Of a DNA stretch of 64,000 bases, positions 62,287 to 64,000 are shown piece by piece. Positions within the stretch are counted from its first letter, which is position 1; every line of letters begins with the position of its first letter. Both the position numbers and the translations under genes were made by a program. The notes below the pieces were generated by a model, which had not been told where the DNA came from, did no database searches, and saw only the letters and a program-made list of their open reading frames with translations. Origin of the DNA: Candidatus Methanomethylicia archaeon (GTDB taxonomy: Archaea; Thermoproteota; Methanomethylicia; CALHIW01); contig JAWBQF010000002.1 in NCBI GenBank assembly GCA_038845975.1, positions 32,001-96,000 of the forward strand. Reading direction: 5' to 3'.

Positions 62287-63035
62287 GTGTCCTGTCAACT
62301 TTAGATGTTTACACCATTTTTATTATCTCTCTTGTTAGAATTCTTTATTTTACCTATATCTCTAATTTTTCATTTCCCACATGGTGTCTGATTGTTTATT
62401 GATACATGTGATCTTATTCAGTTGTAGTATACTACGCAACATAAAATTAATCTCCTAGCATATTCTAATGGCTTTCCACATTTACTGCATGTATTGATCA
62501 TTCTTCTATTAAAATCTCTATAATGTTTCATTAGTTCTCTTAAGAATTTTGCATTTATCAACTTAATAATCTCTTAATCCATTAGCCTTAGCTGCATAGC
62601 ATTTTAAATAATCATTAATAACTATTTTAACACCGTATTTTTCCTTAAAATCCTTAGAAACTTACGGGCATTAAAATCGATATGTGAAAATGATGGGTGA
62701 ATATATACTATTCTTCTACACTCTCAAATGCAAACCATATTCATACAATGAATGTACCTATCTTAATAGTGTATTCATTAACATATATCTTCCTAACATG
62801 ACTAAATAGAATAATTGATATTAAATTATAATCTACGAATTCACCTACATACTCATAACTATGATCAATAGCTAAAAGTCTATTTGCCCTCTTAAACAAC
62901 AACCATAGAAATAGATTAATGGCATAAAGTACAAATATAAATGGTATTCCTACCTACTAAAGAATCCATAACTACAAACCGTATCAGCATATGATAAGAA
63001 CACTCCTACTTAAAACCTTGAAGTTGGCAGGACAC
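62287..63035 (-). mobile_element. Heavily decayed IS6-family element
   Basis: TIRs gtgtcctgtcaactt / aagttggcaggacac (1 mismatch); minus-strand fragments EYTIKIG..IWFAFE and YYN*IRSH.SI..QTP. Confidence 0.75.
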
Positions 63036-63096
63036 ATCTTATTAAGCATAAAGTATAAATATCTCCTCAAAACTTAGAGGTGAGGTGTGATATGAG

Positions 63097-63984
63097 TTGA
63101 TTACTCCGATGGATATTGTGTTGACCTTAATTAGAGGATCTTTGTATGTACTTGTTTCAGCAAGTTTGGCTTTGCTTTTCGGGATAATATCTGTAGCAAG
63201 CTTTATGCATGGAGACTTTGCAATGCTTGGAGGATATGTATCATTCTTTCTGCTAGTTAGCTTGGGATTGGATCCTATTTTGGCTCTAGTAATAACAGGG
63301 GTTTTAATGTTTTTTTTAGGATGTACTATTGAGAAAGCTTTATTATTACCACTACGTAAAACTAGTGGGAAGTTATGGATGTTTAATACATTTGTGTTAA
63401 CACTTGGAATTTCCCAAGTATTTCAGAATGGAGCTCTTGCTGTTTTCGGACCTATATTTTATGGTGTTAGAAGTCTCTGGGCTGGAGAGGTAAGCATTTT
63501 TGGAGTATCTATATCTATAGATCGCTTAATTATACTGGTTTTAAGCATTACGATAATAGCTGGTTTATGGGCTTTTCTAAAGTATACGAGGATAGGTAGA
63601 GCTATTTTAGCTACTGGAATGAATGAGGAGGCAGCATCCATTTATGGAGTTAATGTTAATAACATATATACATTAACATTTGGTATATCAGCATTACTCT
63701 CCGGTATTGCAGGAGTATTCTATATGGCTTTATTTACAACATATCCATTAATGGGGGTAAGCTACAATTTAAAGGCATGGATTGTTGTATTGATAGCTGG
63801 TTTAGGAAATATAAAGGGAGCAATATACTGTAGCTTCCTATTAGCATTTATTGAGATAGTAGCTACGAAAACCCTAGCAGCTGGATGGCAGAATGTTTTA
63901 CCAGTTATATTTGTTATACTTGTATTGCTGTTTAAGCCGACAGGTATTTTTGGAACAGAGGTTAAGGGAATATGGGAAAGATAG
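63097..63984 (+). CDS. livH: ABC permease (LivH-like)
   Basis: SFMHGDF, TRIGRAI, AGLGNIKGA, KPTGIFG; the next gene probably starts at overlapping ATG 63972. Confidence 0.88.
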   Translation: MITPMDIVLTLIRGSLYVLVSASLALLFGIISVASFMHGDFAMLGGYVSFFLLVSLGLDPILALVITGVLMFFLGCTIEKALLLPLRKTSGKLWMFNTFVLTLGISQVFQNGALAVFGPIFYGVRSLWAGEVSIFGVSISIDRLIILVLSITIIAGLWAFLKYTRIGRAILATGMNEEAASIYGVNVNNIYTLTFGISALLSGIAGVFYMALFTTYPLMGVSYNLKAWIVVLIAGLGNIKGAIYCSFLLAFIEIVATKTLAAGWQNVLPVIFVILVLLFKPTGIFGTEVKGIWER

Positions 63985-64000
63985 CGATCTCTAAAGGGAG

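Noticed and set aside
1771-63641. Short antisense or nested ORFs in the track (e.g. 1771..1959, 8347..8559, 10933..11184, 14146..14490, 33913..34491, 55827..56285, 58063..58422)
   Set aside because: They are shadows of well-supported genes or pseudogenes and carry no motifs.

Overview
AT-rich archaeal window with GGTG(G/A)-type Shine-Dalgarno sites and BRE/TATA promoters. PaREP1, DUF3782 and archaeal-ATPase families suggest a Thermoproteota/TACK-type anaerobe (inference). It is dominated by C1 and amino-acid metabolism: a pyrrolysine-free MtmB homolog, four pyrrolysine-free MttB-family methyltransferases, two corrinoid proteins, Liv-type ABC transporters, a proline racemase and a LarA-family protein. 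It also carries an eight-gene mtr operon with methanogenesis marker 14, a stand-alone NifB, a divergent HdrD/GlcF-like gene, an uncharacterised five-gene amine-catabolic operon and a creatininase/hydantoinase cluster. Best novelty candidate: the Mtr stalk looks rewired, with the MtrA corrinoid domain fused to an MtrF-type helix and the usual MtrA anchor encoded as a separate 67-aa gene. Other notable items are two mosaic substrate-binding paralogs, active-site variants of LarA and GlcD, an apparent ACG start, three decayed IS6 elements, a 58-bp mini-element and several pseudogenes. No rRNA, tRNA, CRISPR, mcr or pyl genes were seen. Comparisons with reference proteins rest on recalled family motifs, not database searches.
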